DNA of 64,000 nt from Nitrospiraceae bacterium (GTDB lineage Bacteria; Nitrospirota; Nitrospiria; Nitrospirales; Nitrospiraceae): positions 1 to 64,000 of the forward strand of contig JBBIQV010000006.1 of assembly GCA_037442105.1 (NCBI GenBank), read 5' to 3'. Shown in pieces: positions 19,765 through 28,481 of the stretch. The notes under the pieces were generated by a model that saw only the letters and a list, made by a program, of their open reading frames with translations, was not told the origin of the DNA and searched no databases. Position numbers and translations under genes: made by a program. Position 1 is the first letter of the stretch. Every line of letters starts with the position of its first letter.

Positions 19765-20421
19765 TCAATTGAATCCAAACTGCTTCAAAATTTCGTCCGC
19801 GAGATCCTGATTCATCACCGTGGTTTTTGACTCTTCCAGTTGCTTAAGGAGCGTGTTGATCTGCCCCTGTGCCGGTTGCTCTTCCCGCTTGCTGTCCAGA
19901 CCGAACACGACCACGAGTTCCAGGAGCTTGCGCTGAACATCCTCAATGACATTCACCAGTTTCAGCACCCGCTGGGCCACCAGATCCTGAAACGAGAGCG
20001 CGGTCATGATGTCGATGAGCCGTTTGTCGTCGGCCGCGAGTTGATCCAGCATCATTTCCAGCAACTTCAAGGTTTCCGGCGTGGCCTGTTTGAGCGACAG
20101 CGCCCCGACGACCTCGGTCACGCCTTTGGTGACGCGCTGGTGGCTGTCTTGTATCGCTTCAACGAGGCGCATGACTTCATGCGTGCCCTCTTCGGTAAGG
20201 AGGCGGAGGTCTGCCAGATGCTCGTTGGCCCACGGCAACTGTTTCGCCACGGCATTCATGGGCGCGGCGAACTCCGTCAGCGTCCGTATGGCTTTATCGA
20301 CAAAGCGCGCGAGATCTCCTAGTTCCTCGTACAGCAGCGCGTTCGGGTTCTCGCCCGGAGAATCCTCGGCATTGCCGGAAGCGTCGCCGGCATCTTCGCC
20401 GGCGATTCTGTTGGCTGTCAT
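19765..20421 (-). CDS. cheZ: CheY-P phosphatase CheZ
   Basis: LTEEGTHEVM, IMTALSFQDLVAQRV (DxxxQ), C-terminal QDLADEILKQFGF. Confidence 0.9.
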   Translation of the reverse strand: MTANRIAGEDAGDASGNAEDSPGENPNALLYEELGDLARFVDKAIRTLTEFAAPMNAVAKQLPWANEHLADLRLLTEEGTHEVMRLVEAIQDSHQRVTKGVTEVVGALSLKQATPETLKLLEMMLDQLAADDKRLIDIMTALSFQDLVAQRVLKLVNVIEDVQRKLLELVVVFGLDSKREEQPAQGQINTLLKQLEESKTTVMNQDLADEILKQFGFN

Positions 20422-20437
20422 GGTTGTGACCGGCTCC

Positions 20438-20821
20438 TCACTGGTTGAAAATTTTGTTCATCTTTTCCTGGAGCGTTTCGGCGGTGAACGGTTTGACGAT
20501 GTAATTGTTGACGCCGGCTTGAATGGCCTCGATCAGATTCTCCTTCTGCGCTTCGGCCGTGACCATCAGCACCGGAATATGTTTAAGCTTGTCGTCGGCC
20601 CGGATGGCGCGCAGCAGATCGATCCCGGACATCACCGGCATGTTCCAGTCCGAGACGACGAAGCCGTAGGCCTCCGCCTTGAGCTTGTTCATCGCCTCCT
20701 GACCGTTCTCGGCCTCCTCCACATTGGAAAAGCCCAGTTGCTTGAGGATGTTCTTGACGATCCTCCGCATGGTAGACATGTCGTCCACGACCAGAATTTT
20801 CATGTGCGGTTCCGCAGGCAT
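20438..20821 (-). CDS. cheY: Chemotaxis response regulator CheY
   Basis: [36 protein letters not shown]. Confidence 0.96.
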   Translation of the reverse strand: MPAEPHMKILVVDDMSTMRRIVKNILKQLGFSNVEEAENGQEAMNKLKAEAYGFVVSDWNMPVMSGIDLLRAIRADDKLKHIPVLMVTAEAQKENLIEAIQAGVNNYIVKPFTAETLQEKMNKIFNQ

Positions 20822-20839
20822 ATATGCTCCTCCTTCGAT

Positions 20840-21223
20840 CTACGCGCAGGCGGTTTCCAACAGCCGTTTCGCTTCCTTAGTGAGTTGCGCTTGGGTCACC
20901 GGCTTGATCAAATAGGCATCGACACCGGCCTGCACGCCGTGCCGCTGCTCGGTTTCGGTGCTCTCGGTGGTCAACATCAATACCGGGATCGCCCGGTACT
21001 GCGGCGTGTTTTTCAACTCCTGCGTAAGGGCGACCCCGTCCATCAGCGGCATGTTCATGTCGGTGACGACGAGGTCCACCGGTTGCTGCGCCAGTTTTTC
21101 AAGGGCCTCGACGCCGTTCTCGGCCTGGACGATGTCGTAGCCACAAGGTCTGAGATACAGACTCACCAGACGCCGGGTGGTCGCGCAGTCATCGACAATG
21201 AGAATGGTCTTTGACATCGTCAT
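20840..21223 (-). CDS. Single-domain response regulator (CheY-like)
   Basis: IVDDC, VTDMNMPLMDG, MLTTES, YLIKP. Confidence 0.9.
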   Translation of the reverse strand: MTMSKTILIVDDCATTRRLVSLYLRPCGYDIVQAENGVEALEKLAQQPVDLVVTDMNMPLMDGVALTQELKNTPQYRAIPVLMLTTESTETEQRHGVQAGVDAYLIKPVTQAQLTKEAKRLLETACA

Positions 21224-21263
21224 GCCTCATGGGTGGCCGGCAACGTGCCGCTCATCACGGCTT

Positions 21264-22085
21264 TTACACCTTCCTGTACACGACCGACCGCCCCGCATGG
21301 ACCGGCCGGAATGCGCGCGACACGTTGTGCAGCGATTCCGAAAACCCGATGACCAAGTATCCGGCCGGTGACAGCGCATCGTACAAATCGTTCACAATCT
21401 GTTGCCGGGCCTTATCGTCGAAATAGATCAGGCAGTTTCGACAGAACACGACGTCCATGCCGCGGATGAGCTTGAGCCGCGGACGGTCGTACAGATTGAC
21501 ATTGGCGAACCTCACCAGGTGCTTCACTTTCGGCGAGAGCACGTACTGGCCCTCCTCCTGCGTGAAGTATTTCCGCAACTGAGCCGGTGGGAGATTGCGG
21601 ATCGCATACGGGCCGTAAATTCCCTTGCGTGCCGTAGCGAGCACGTTTTCGCTGATGTCCGTCGCCAGGATTTCGATGGACCACTTCGCCAGCGGCGGAT
21701 ATTCGAGCAGCATGATGGCCAACGTGTAGGGTTCGTCGCCGGTCGAGCAGGCGGCGCTCCAGATCCGCAGTTGAGAAGTTCCCTTGTTGGTCTCCATAAC
21801 CGCCGGCACGACGTGCGACAAGAAGGCGTCGAGTTGCGCCTGGTCCCGGCAAAAACACGTCTCATTCGTGGTAATGAGGTTGTAGAGAGCGGACAATTCC
21901 TTGTCCCGCCACGCGTCGAACCGGAGGATCTTGGAATATTCCTCGTAGGAGGTGCAGTTGCGATCTCTCAACCGCGCTTGCAGCCGGCTTTCCAAGAGAT
22001 ATTTCTTGTTGTCCTGAAACAAAATGCCGGTCTGCTTGTAGATGAAGTCGCGCAACTCCTTGAAGGTGGCGACGCTCAGTTCCAC
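21264..22085 (-). CDS. cheR: Chemotaxis methyltransferase CheR
   Basis: IWSAACSTGDEPYT, ATDIS, DVVFCRNCLIYFD, GYLVIGFSE; GTG start with AAGGAG. Confidence 0.95.
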   Translation of the reverse strand: MELSVATFKELRDFIYKQTGILFQDNKKYLLESRLQARLRDRNCTSYEEYSKILRFDAWRDKELSALYNLITTNETCFCRDQAQLDAFLSHVVPAVMETNKGTSQLRIWSAACSTGDEPYTLAIMLLEYPPLAKWSIEILATDISENVLATARKGIYGPYAIRNLPPAQLRKYFTQEEGQYVLSPKVKHLVRFANVNLYDRPRLKLIRGMDVVFCRNCLIYFDDKARQQIVNDLYDALSPAGYLVIGFSESLHNVSRAFRPVHAGRSVVYRKV

Positions 22086-23935
22086 GGCGTGGCGCTCCTT
22101 TCCGGCGTCGGGGGCGCAGCCTGCATCATCTGCAAGGCATCCTGAGCCGCACGGCGGATCATCTCCGGGAGGCGCCCGTCGTGCTGAAAATCGGTGAGAG
22201 CCGCGATGGCTTCGGTTCTGCGTGCATGTCCGAGCCGCTCGATGGTGCGATACCGGACCCACATATCGGAATCGCTGAGCGCATGGGCTATGAGCGCCGC
22301 CCATCCATCCGGATGATTCTGTTCCGCGAGAGCCATGACGGCGGCGAGACGCACCCTCTCATGGTCATCGGCCAACGCCATCTTCACCGCTTCGGTCGCG
22401 CGCCGATCGTCGTAGCGCCCCAATGCCTGAGCAGCCGCCTCACGGACAGGCCATTCGGCATCGTCGAGGGCATGGAGGAGGGAGGTGAACCCTTCGGGCA
22501 GCTTCATCGCGCCGATTAACTCGGCCGCTGCGCGCCGCGTCTCCGGTCGAGGGTCGTCCAGGAGGGCCACCGCCTCTATGCCGATCTCTTGGGTGGCGTC
22601 CTGAGCCAGCGCGAGGACGAGTTCCTGCCGGACGTCTTCGTACCGTTCCTGCCGGAGTTTCGTGAGCAAGTTCCACAGGTCTTCGTTCCGGCCGGAAGCC
22701 GCGATCTGTTTGATCGCTTCGCACCGGACATAGCCGGTCTGATCGTCGATGGCTTCATGGATAGCTGCCCAGGCCGCGGGCGTGCCGATCGCGCGCAACG
22801 CGTTGAGGGCGGCTCGACGCAGTTCCCAGTTGGAGTGGTAGCGACGAATGGCCGTCAGGGCAGGGACGGCTCCCGGGTCGCCTTGCTTGCCGATGGCTTG
22901 GATCAGAATGGCGTAGAAGGTGTCCGGTTGCTCGACTCGCACTAAGGCGTCAACGAGCTGGCGTTGTCTGGCGGTTGACGCAAGGGCATCAGCCGCGATG
23001 GCAATCGCGTTTTCGCCGGGGTTGTTCCAGGTAAGACAGATGTTGAGAATCCATGGTCCTGCCCGATCATCTCCCAGCAGGCCCAGACCGGTCATGGCGG
23101 CCAGTTGCACTTCGGGGTTCGGGTTGATCAACCCCTCTTTGAAAATCGAAAGCCAGAGCGAACGGTCGAGGGTGTGCCATAGATCGTGGGATCTTCGGGA
23201 AGCGAGCGCGATGAACGTCGTAATGAAGACCCCGTATTGGTCAGGAAGAAGCGACGGGGCCAGCGCAATCAGCGCCGGCACGCTGGACCCGTCGGTGTCG
23301 AGATGCGCCAAGGCTTCGATGGCTGCGTCGCGCATCGGTTCGGTACTGTCCGACAACAGTGCCGCCACCGCCGGCAACGCCGAAGCATCACCGATGTCCG
23401 CCAGCGCCTTCAGCGCTGAACAGGCGACCCATTCGGCGTCGCCCAACAAATTGATGATCTCGGCGACCGCGCCGCGGGCACGCAAACGGCCCAACGCCTC
23501 AGCCGCAGCGGCGCGGATGTTTGCGTCAGGATCCCGGAGAGATTGCCGGAGCGCAGGGATCACACGCGTGTCGGGGCTCTTCCCGAACGCGTCGATGAGC
23601 AGCTTACGAACGTTCGGGTCCGGCGACGTCAAGAGGTGTAACGCCGGATCGAGCGCGTTGGGCAGGATATGCTCGATGATTTCCACAGCCATGTTGCGGA
23701 CGGACGGCGGCTCCCGCAAGAGGCTCAGGAGCTTCGACATGACCGCGCTGCTGCCGATTCGGAGCAATCCGTCGACGGCCGCTTGCCGAACGCCGGCGTT
23801 CTCGTCATAGAAGCCGGCCACCAGCAACTCGATGGCATCGTCTCCTCCGCGCGTTGCCGCCTCCTCGAGGAAGGCGCGCCGCCGGACCGGATCCTGCCGG
23901 CACTCGTGTGGGTCTGCGATCGAGGCAACCGACAT
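22076..23935 (-). CDS. HEAT-repeat protein
   Basis: Repeated D...VR..AA.ALG units throughout. Confidence 0.9.
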   Translation of the reverse strand: MSVASIADPHECRQDPVRRRAFLEEAATRGGDDAIELLVAGFYDENAGVRQAAVDGLLRIGSSAVMSKLLSLLREPPSVRNMAVEIIEHILPNALDPALHLLTSPDPNVRKLLIDAFGKSPDTRVIPALRQSLRDPDANIRAAAAEALGRLRARGAVAEIINLLGDAEWVACSALKALADIGDASALPAVAALLSDSTEPMRDAAIEALAHLDTDGSSVPALIALAPSLLPDQYGVFITTFIALASRRSHDLWHTLDRSLWLSIFKEGLINPNPEVQLAAMTGLGLLGDDRAGPWILNICLTWNNPGENAIAIAADALASTARQRQLVDALVRVEQPDTFYAILIQAIGKQGDPGAVPALTAIRRYHSNWELRRAALNALRAIGTPAAWAAIHEAIDDQTGYVRCEAIKQIAASGRNEDLWNLLTKLRQERYEDVRQELVLALAQDATQEIGIEAVALLDDPRPETRRAAAELIGAMKLPEGFTSLLHALDDAEWPVREAAAQALGRYDDRRATEAVKMALADDHERVRLAAVMALAEQNHPDGWAALIAHALSDSDMWVRYRTIERLGHARRTEAIAALTDFQHDGRLPEMIRRAAQDALQMMQAAPPTPERSATPWN

Positions 23936-24023
23936 CCTTGTCCTCGCACACGTGTTATTTCAGCCGAAAGCGGGCACACGAAGAGTGCGGCGTCGCGAAC
24001 GGGTATCCGCGCGCAATCCGGCG

Positions 24024-24242
24024 CTATCCTTGCTGAGCCCGAGCGTGCAGCCACTCATGAATATCGCGGCGAAGAAAACGCCAGTGTTTGCCGATCTTGG
24101 ATGCCGGTAAATGTCCAAGACGAGCGAGCTTGTAGACCGTGGACTTCGGAACGCGGAGGAACCGCGCCACGTCCATAACGGTCAGAATCTCGCTATCCAC
24201 TGGAGCAGCGCCGTTCGCATTCATGCTGGTTGCTGCGGCCAT
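24024..24242 (-). CDS. Small excisionase-like (HTH_17/MerR-type) DNA-binding protein; start uncertain (24254/24242/24224)
   Basis: ILTVMDVARFLRVPKSTVYKLARLGHLPASKIGKHWRFLRRDIHEW. Confidence 0.85.
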   Translation of the reverse strand: MAAATSMNANGAAPVDSEILTVMDVARFLRVPKSTVYKLARLGHLPASKIGKHWRFLRRDIHEWLHARAQQG

Positions 24243-24264
24243 TGCGTCGTTCATAGCGGATGCG

Positions 24265-24292
24265 ATATCGGACTCCACGGCGGGAAACTTGA
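24265..24292 (-). promoter_or_regulatory. Putative sigma-28 promoter of chemosensory operon 2
   Basis: TCAA(GTTT)-N16-TCCGATAT. Confidence 0.6.
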
Positions 24293-24299
24293 GCGGGAA

Positions 24300-24396
24300 C
24301 CGTTGTCCGTCATCCGTAAACCGTCATACCGCCACGGGCAGAGGCTCTTCAGGGAAAACGGTTCACGGCTAACGATTCACGGATAACGGACAACGG
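24300..24396. repeat. Heptamer inverted hairpin (CCGTNNN/NNNACGG)
   Basis: CCGTTGT CCGTCAT CCGTAAA CCGTCAT ... AAAACGG TTCACGG CTAACGA TTCACGG ATAACGG ACAACGG. Confidence 0.85.
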
Positions 24397-24398
24397 TT

Positions 24399-24425
24399 TC
24401 AGTTTTCGCCGTGGGCTGCCGATGA
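24399..24425 (+). promoter_or_regulatory. Putative sigma-28 promoter of the FlhG-like gene
   Basis: TCAG-N15-GCCGATGA. Confidence 0.55.
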
Positions 24426-24466
24426 GGTAGATGGCATCGACTCGGAACGGGCAGGAACTGCGCGCA

Positions 24467-25366
24467 ATGGCGACCATCATTTCCGTCGCGTCGGGGAAGG
24501 GCGGTGTCGGCAAGAGTGTAGTGGCCGCCAACGTGGCGTTGCTGTTGGCGCAACAGGGCAAGCAGGTCGTCCTGGCGGACCTTGACGTCGGCGGTGCAGA
24601 CGTTCACATCCTCTTCGGCATGCTGCATCCGCCGGTGACTCTGACGGACTTCCTCAACCGCCGGGTCGAGAGTCTCGATGCCGTTGCGCAACCGCTCCCG
24701 ACACATCCCCGCCTCCGCATCATTCCCGGAACGGGGGATACGCTCGCTACCGCCAATATGCCGTACGGGAAGAAGAAGCGGCTGATCCGGCACTTCAGGG
24801 ATGTCGTGGCCGATATCATTCTCGTAGATGTGGGCGCCGGAACGAGCTATCACGCGTTGGATTTCTTCCTGATGGCGGACCATCACCTTGCCGTGGCCAC
24901 ACCCGATCCAACGTCGGTCTTAGACCTCTATCGATTCATCAAATTGGCCGCAATCCGGCGAGTATTGTCGTCGTTTCTGGCTCGGGATGCGATCGCCGAT
25001 GCGCTTTCAGATCGAGACTTTTCGAGCGTGGAGGAAGTGCTGCTCGTGGCGGGCAAAACGGATGAAGCCGGTCGAGCGGTGGCGGAATCGACGCTCCGAG
25101 GATTCCAGCCCTGCCTCATCTTGAACCGGGTGTCCGGCCGATCTCGTATCAACTTCTTACAACTCCGCAAGCTCTTGAAGGAGTATGTCGGGGGCGACTT
25201 GGCGATGCTCGGCGAGATCCCGGACGATCAAGCCATGGAACGGTCCGTGCGAAGCTACCTTCCGGTCGTGGAAGCCGAGCCTCACTCCCCTTCGGCCCAA
25301 GCCCTCCGCCGCATCACCGATGCGCTGCTCCAACAGTTGGGCGAGAGGCCAGAGGTGAGAGGCTAG
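24467..25366 (+). CDS. MinD/FlhG(FleN)-family P-loop ATPase
   Basis: SGKGGVGKS, DLDVGGAD, VDVGAGTS, PDPTS. Confidence 0.9.
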   Translation: MATIISVASGKGGVGKSVVAANVALLLAQQGKQVVLADLDVGGADVHILFGMLHPPVTLTDFLNRRVESLDAVAQPLPTHPRLRIIPGTGDTLATANMPYGKKKRLIRHFRDVVADIILVDVGAGTSYHALDFFLMADHHLAVATPDPTSVLDLYRFIKLAAIRRVLSSFLARDAIADALSDRDFSSVEEVLLVAGKTDEAGRAVAESTLRGFQPCLILNRVSGRSRINFLQLRKLLKEYVGGDLAMLGEIPDDQAMERSVRSYLPVVEAEPHSPSAQALRRITDALLQQLGERPEVRG

Positions 25367-25415
25367 AGGGTTCGCCCTCCCTTTTCCCCTTACCTCTCAC
25401 CCCTCGCCTCTAGCC
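25340..25415. repeat. Heptamer inverted hairpin spanning the stops of two convergent genes
   Basis: GGCGAGA GGCCAGA GGTGAGA GGCTAGA ... CCTTACC TCTCACC CCTCGCC TCTAGCC. Confidence 0.85.
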
Positions 25416-26024
25416 TGCGAAGCTCCGGCGCGCCCGTAGCCGCTCCGCCTGCGTGAGCAGAATGTAGCGGATGATGGACTCCTGGTCGTCCGGGCTCATG
25501 GTGGTGAATTGTGTGGCCACCTGGAAGCCTGCCTCGGTCTCTCGATGGGGTGTGACTCGGATGATATGGACAATAGCCTGGATGGGGCGAAAGGGTGGAA
25601 GGATGAGTTTGATGGCCAAATCCTGGCCGGCTTGAAGTTCTCGCTTGGTGGTAAACCCGATGCCGCCCCCGCTGATGTTGACGTCGGTGACCTGGGCGAT
25701 CGGGATTCCTCCGGGATTCATCTTTGCCAGTGTTTTCAAGGTCAGCTCCAGCAACCAATCGATTTTTCTCAGCCAGGGCACAACCGGCGATCCGTTGAGC
25801 ACATCGTCCGCACGGGAGAGAAGATCAACCGTGGGTTTCGCGATCGATTCCGCAATCATCGCTTCCGTGGCGCAGAGATCAGGCGGCAGGAATGTGTCCG
25901 GTGATTCGGAGACAAGGCGATACTCAAGCAGCAAGCGATCGTCGATGCGAACCCATTCCCGGCGTTCATCGGACATCATGGTATCCCTTATCGGTTGCTC
26001 TGATGCTTCTACCGAGAAGCTCAT
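25410..26024 (-). CDS. PilZ-domain protein
   Basis: RREWVR (RxxxR) and NISGGG (D/NxSxxG); start 26024 or 25979. Confidence 0.85.
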   Translation of the reverse strand: MSFSVEASEQPIRDTMMSDERREWVRIDDRLLLEYRLVSESPDTFLPPDLCATEAMIAESIAKPTVDLLSRADDVLNGSPVVPWLRKIDWLLELTLKTLAKMNPGGIPIAQVTDVNISGGGIGFTTKRELQAGQDLAIKLILPPFRPIQAIVHIIRVTPHRETEAGFQVATQFTTMSPDDQESIIRYILLTQAERLRARRSFAG

Positions 26025-26026
26025 GG

Positions 26027-27523
26027 CTACATTCCGGCCAGTACCGGCATTTTGCCTTCGACAGAAAACAAGGCGGTCGAGCTGGTTTGCACGCAATTGC
26101 GGCCCTGGGTTTTCGCTTGATAGAGAGCCGCGTCCGCGTCGGCCACCCACGCTTCGGCAGTACGAACGTCTGCGGCCGGAACGCAAGCGACCCCCATGCT
26201 CACGGTCAGTTTGATGCAGGTGCCGTCTATGACGAAGGAGTGCTGTTCAAGACGCTCGCGGATGCGATTGGCCAACACCAAGGCCGATTCCAAGCCGGTG
26301 CGCGGCAACACGATGGCAAACTCTTCTCCTCCGTAGCGTGCCACGACATCGACGGACCGGACCATGCCGGCCATGACGGCTCCGACGGCTCGGAGGATGT
26401 CATCGCCCGCAAGATGTCCGAACCGGTCATTGATGGTCTTGAAGTGGTCCAGATCGACCATGACGAGACACGCCGGCGAGAGATATCGCTGACTTTCTCT
26501 TAATTCGCGGTCAAGCGCATCGTTCAAGGCGCGCCGATTCGGCAAATTGGTCAAGCTGTCGCGCATCGCAAGATGCTGAGCCTGTTGGTACGAGTCCGCG
26601 TTGTGCAGAGCGAGGGCGAGCGATGTGGCGACCGACGTGATGATCTGGGCCTCAAAACTCTCGAAGGCACAGCCTGCCCGTTGTTCGAGATACAGGAAGC
26701 CATGCACGGCGTTGCGAATGACGAGCGGCTGTTCAATCACGCAGGTCCGCGCTGATACCTTCCGTTCGATGCCGTCATGAAGGCTGCCGGCTGCGGCACC
26801 GCCAACCGATTCTGCCAGCCGCTTCGTGCGGGCCAGGAGGTGCCGACGCGTCCGGTCGCAGGCAGCGGCGTTCATGGCCGAGGAACTGTGGAGCCAGATT
26901 CGCTCGGACCTCAACCAGACCAATCCCGCTATCTCGAAATCGACGAGAGGTCGTAAGCCGGCGCCGAGTACCCGGCCGATCTCGTCGGCATCCAACGAAC
27001 CTGCGATACGCTGGCTCAACTGGTTCAGCAAAGTCAGATTCCGGTTCCACCGCCGGAGGTTGTCCCGCTCATGCTCTAGTTCACGGTTGACATGCGTGAG
27101 TTGGCCGGAGAGGTCGCGGACTTCGATGAAGGCCCGGCGGATTTCCAAACCTTGACGAACAGAATCGACCAGCCGTTCCTGTGCAAGCGGGAACGTCAGA
27201 TAGTCGAAGACCCCGTTGCGAAGGAACCGGGCGACCTGCTCGGCCCCCGAATCCGGACCGACCAGGATCACACAGGTGTCGCTCTGCTGGGATACAAGCT
27301 GATCGAGAAAGCAGAGAATGCGTTGGCCTTGTTGCGGAACGCAGTAGATCAGCGCATCCATCGAACCTTCGCGCATGCGGCGCAACGCTTCCGCTTCCGT
27401 GCGGCCGCCGGACACCTCGTAACCCTTCTGGATCAGACATGCGTGCACGAACCGGCTGAATCCGCCGGATCGGCCGATGATATGGACGCGCGCGGTTTGG
27501 GCGGTTCTCGGGGCCGTCGTCAT
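26027..27523 (-). CDS. Diguanylate cyclase (degenerate REC, GAF-like, GGDEF)
   Basis: DSLTNLPNRR, DLDHFKTIND, RSVD I-site, GGEEF. Confidence 0.92.
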   Translation of the reverse strand: MTTAPRTAQTARVHIIGRSGGFSRFVHACLIQKGYEVSGGRTEAEALRRMREGSMDALIYCVPQQGQRILCFLDQLVSQQSDTCVILVGPDSGAEQVARFLRNGVFDYLTFPLAQERLVDSVRQGLEIRRAFIEVRDLSGQLTHVNRELEHERDNLRRWNRNLTLLNQLSQRIAGSLDADEIGRVLGAGLRPLVDFEIAGLVWLRSERIWLHSSSAMNAAACDRTRRHLLARTKRLAESVGGAAAGSLHDGIERKVSARTCVIEQPLVIRNAVHGFLYLEQRAGCAFESFEAQIITSVATSLALALHNADSYQQAQHLAMRDSLTNLPNRRALNDALDRELRESQRYLSPACLVMVDLDHFKTINDRFGHLAGDDILRAVGAVMAGMVRSVDVVARYGGEEFAIVLPRTGLESALVLANRIRERLEQHSFVIDGTCIKLTVSMGVACVPAADVRTAEAWVADADAALYQAKTQGRNCVQTSSTALFSVEGKMPVLAGM

Positions 27524-27524
27524 C

Positions 27525-27746
27525 TCATCGATTCCGATGTTCGGCCCCGGTCACAGGATCACGCGGCTTGTCGTGACGATGCGCCTCCGCTTCCAGCTCG
27601 CGGGCGTCGGAAGAGATGGAAACTTTATCCTCCGGCGTCGATCCGGCTGCCTTCTCCTCCACCCTCTCGTTACGCGGGAAGTTCAGGATCCTCTGATAGG
27701 TCCGAACGAGATTATGAATCTGGTTGAACTCAATTCCCATACTCAC
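27525..27746 (-). CDS. Small flagellar-region protein with FlgM-N-like DKVSIS motif
   Basis: QIHNLVRTYQR...EDKVSISSDAR; coupled to neighbours. Confidence 0.6.
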   Translation of the reverse strand: MSMGIEFNQIHNLVRTYQRILNFPRNERVEEKAAGSTPEDKVSISSDARELEAEAHRHDKPRDPVTGAEHRNR

Positions 27747-27753
27747 CGGTTCA

Positions 27754-28083
27754 TCATGCGCGATGGTCCATTCGATGATGGGTTGAGTCGCCGACTCCGT
27801 CCCACAATCTCAGGCCTTGCAGTCTCTGGCGTATCGTCGCGACCTCGGCCAACATCGATTCCAAGGCCGCGCGTGCAACGACGGCTCGCTCTTTCACGAA
27901 CTGATCAAGTGTGAGCAATTGCTCGGCCAGGGCTGGAGCAATCGGACCGTCTTGAAGGTGCTCCCCGCGCAGCCGGTAGTATTCCCCGACCTGATCCCAT
28001 TGCCCAAGGCTGGCCGCCTGGCCGGCGCGTTCCGTCCAGACCTCCAGATCACGCTGCCACCCTATGCGGTCCATGTCTCTCAC
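27754..28083 (-). CDS. Putative FliT-like chaperone
   Basis: Helical 109 aa with GQWDQV motif, directly downstream of fliS. Confidence 0.55.
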   Translation of the reverse strand: MRDMDRIGWQRDLEVWTERAGQAASLGQWDQVGEYYRLRGEHLQDGPIAPALAEQLLTLDQFVKERAVVARAALESMLAEVATIRQRLQGLRLWDGVGDSTHHRMDHRA

Positions 28084-28085
28084 TG

Positions 28086-28481
28086 CTATATCCCGGAAGA
28101 TCGTGCCGCTGCCTCTTGCTGAGCGACCCCCTGCCAGGCCTCTCGCAACGTCGTCAGGCAGCGCAGCGGGCCTTCGAGATGCCGGGCGTTGTTTCGCACA
28201 TTGGCCTGGAGCATTTCGGCCATCATGTATTCGTAGAGACGATGTAAGGACATGGCGATCGTTCCGCCTCGCTCAAAATCCAGGACGGTGGACAATTCGC
28301 TGACGATGGCCATGGCTCGGCCCAAGAATCTGGCCTTCTCCTGTACGTTATTGCGCCGCATGCCTTCTCGCGCGAGCTCCAGAGACTGGACGGCTGCATC
28401 GTAAAGCAACACGATCAATTGCGCTCCCGATGACGTCATCACCTGCGTGTGCTGATACTGTCGCACTGCGTCGGGGATCAT
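28086..28481 (-). CDS. fliS: Flagellin chaperone FliS
   Basis: LIVLLYDAA, LDFERGGTIAMSLHRLYEYM, LREAW. Confidence 0.94.
   Translation of the reverse strand: MIPDAVRQYQHTQVMTSSGAQLIVLLYDAAVQSLELAREGMRRNNVQEKARFLGRAMAIVSELSTVLDFERGGTIAMSLHRLYEYMMAEMLQANVRNNARHLEGPLRCLTTLREAWQGVAQQEAAARSSGI

Noticed and set aside
24024..24278. Excisionase-like gene as a prophage or ICE marker
   Set aside because: No integrase, att site or phage genes nearby; it heads a chemotaxis operon.
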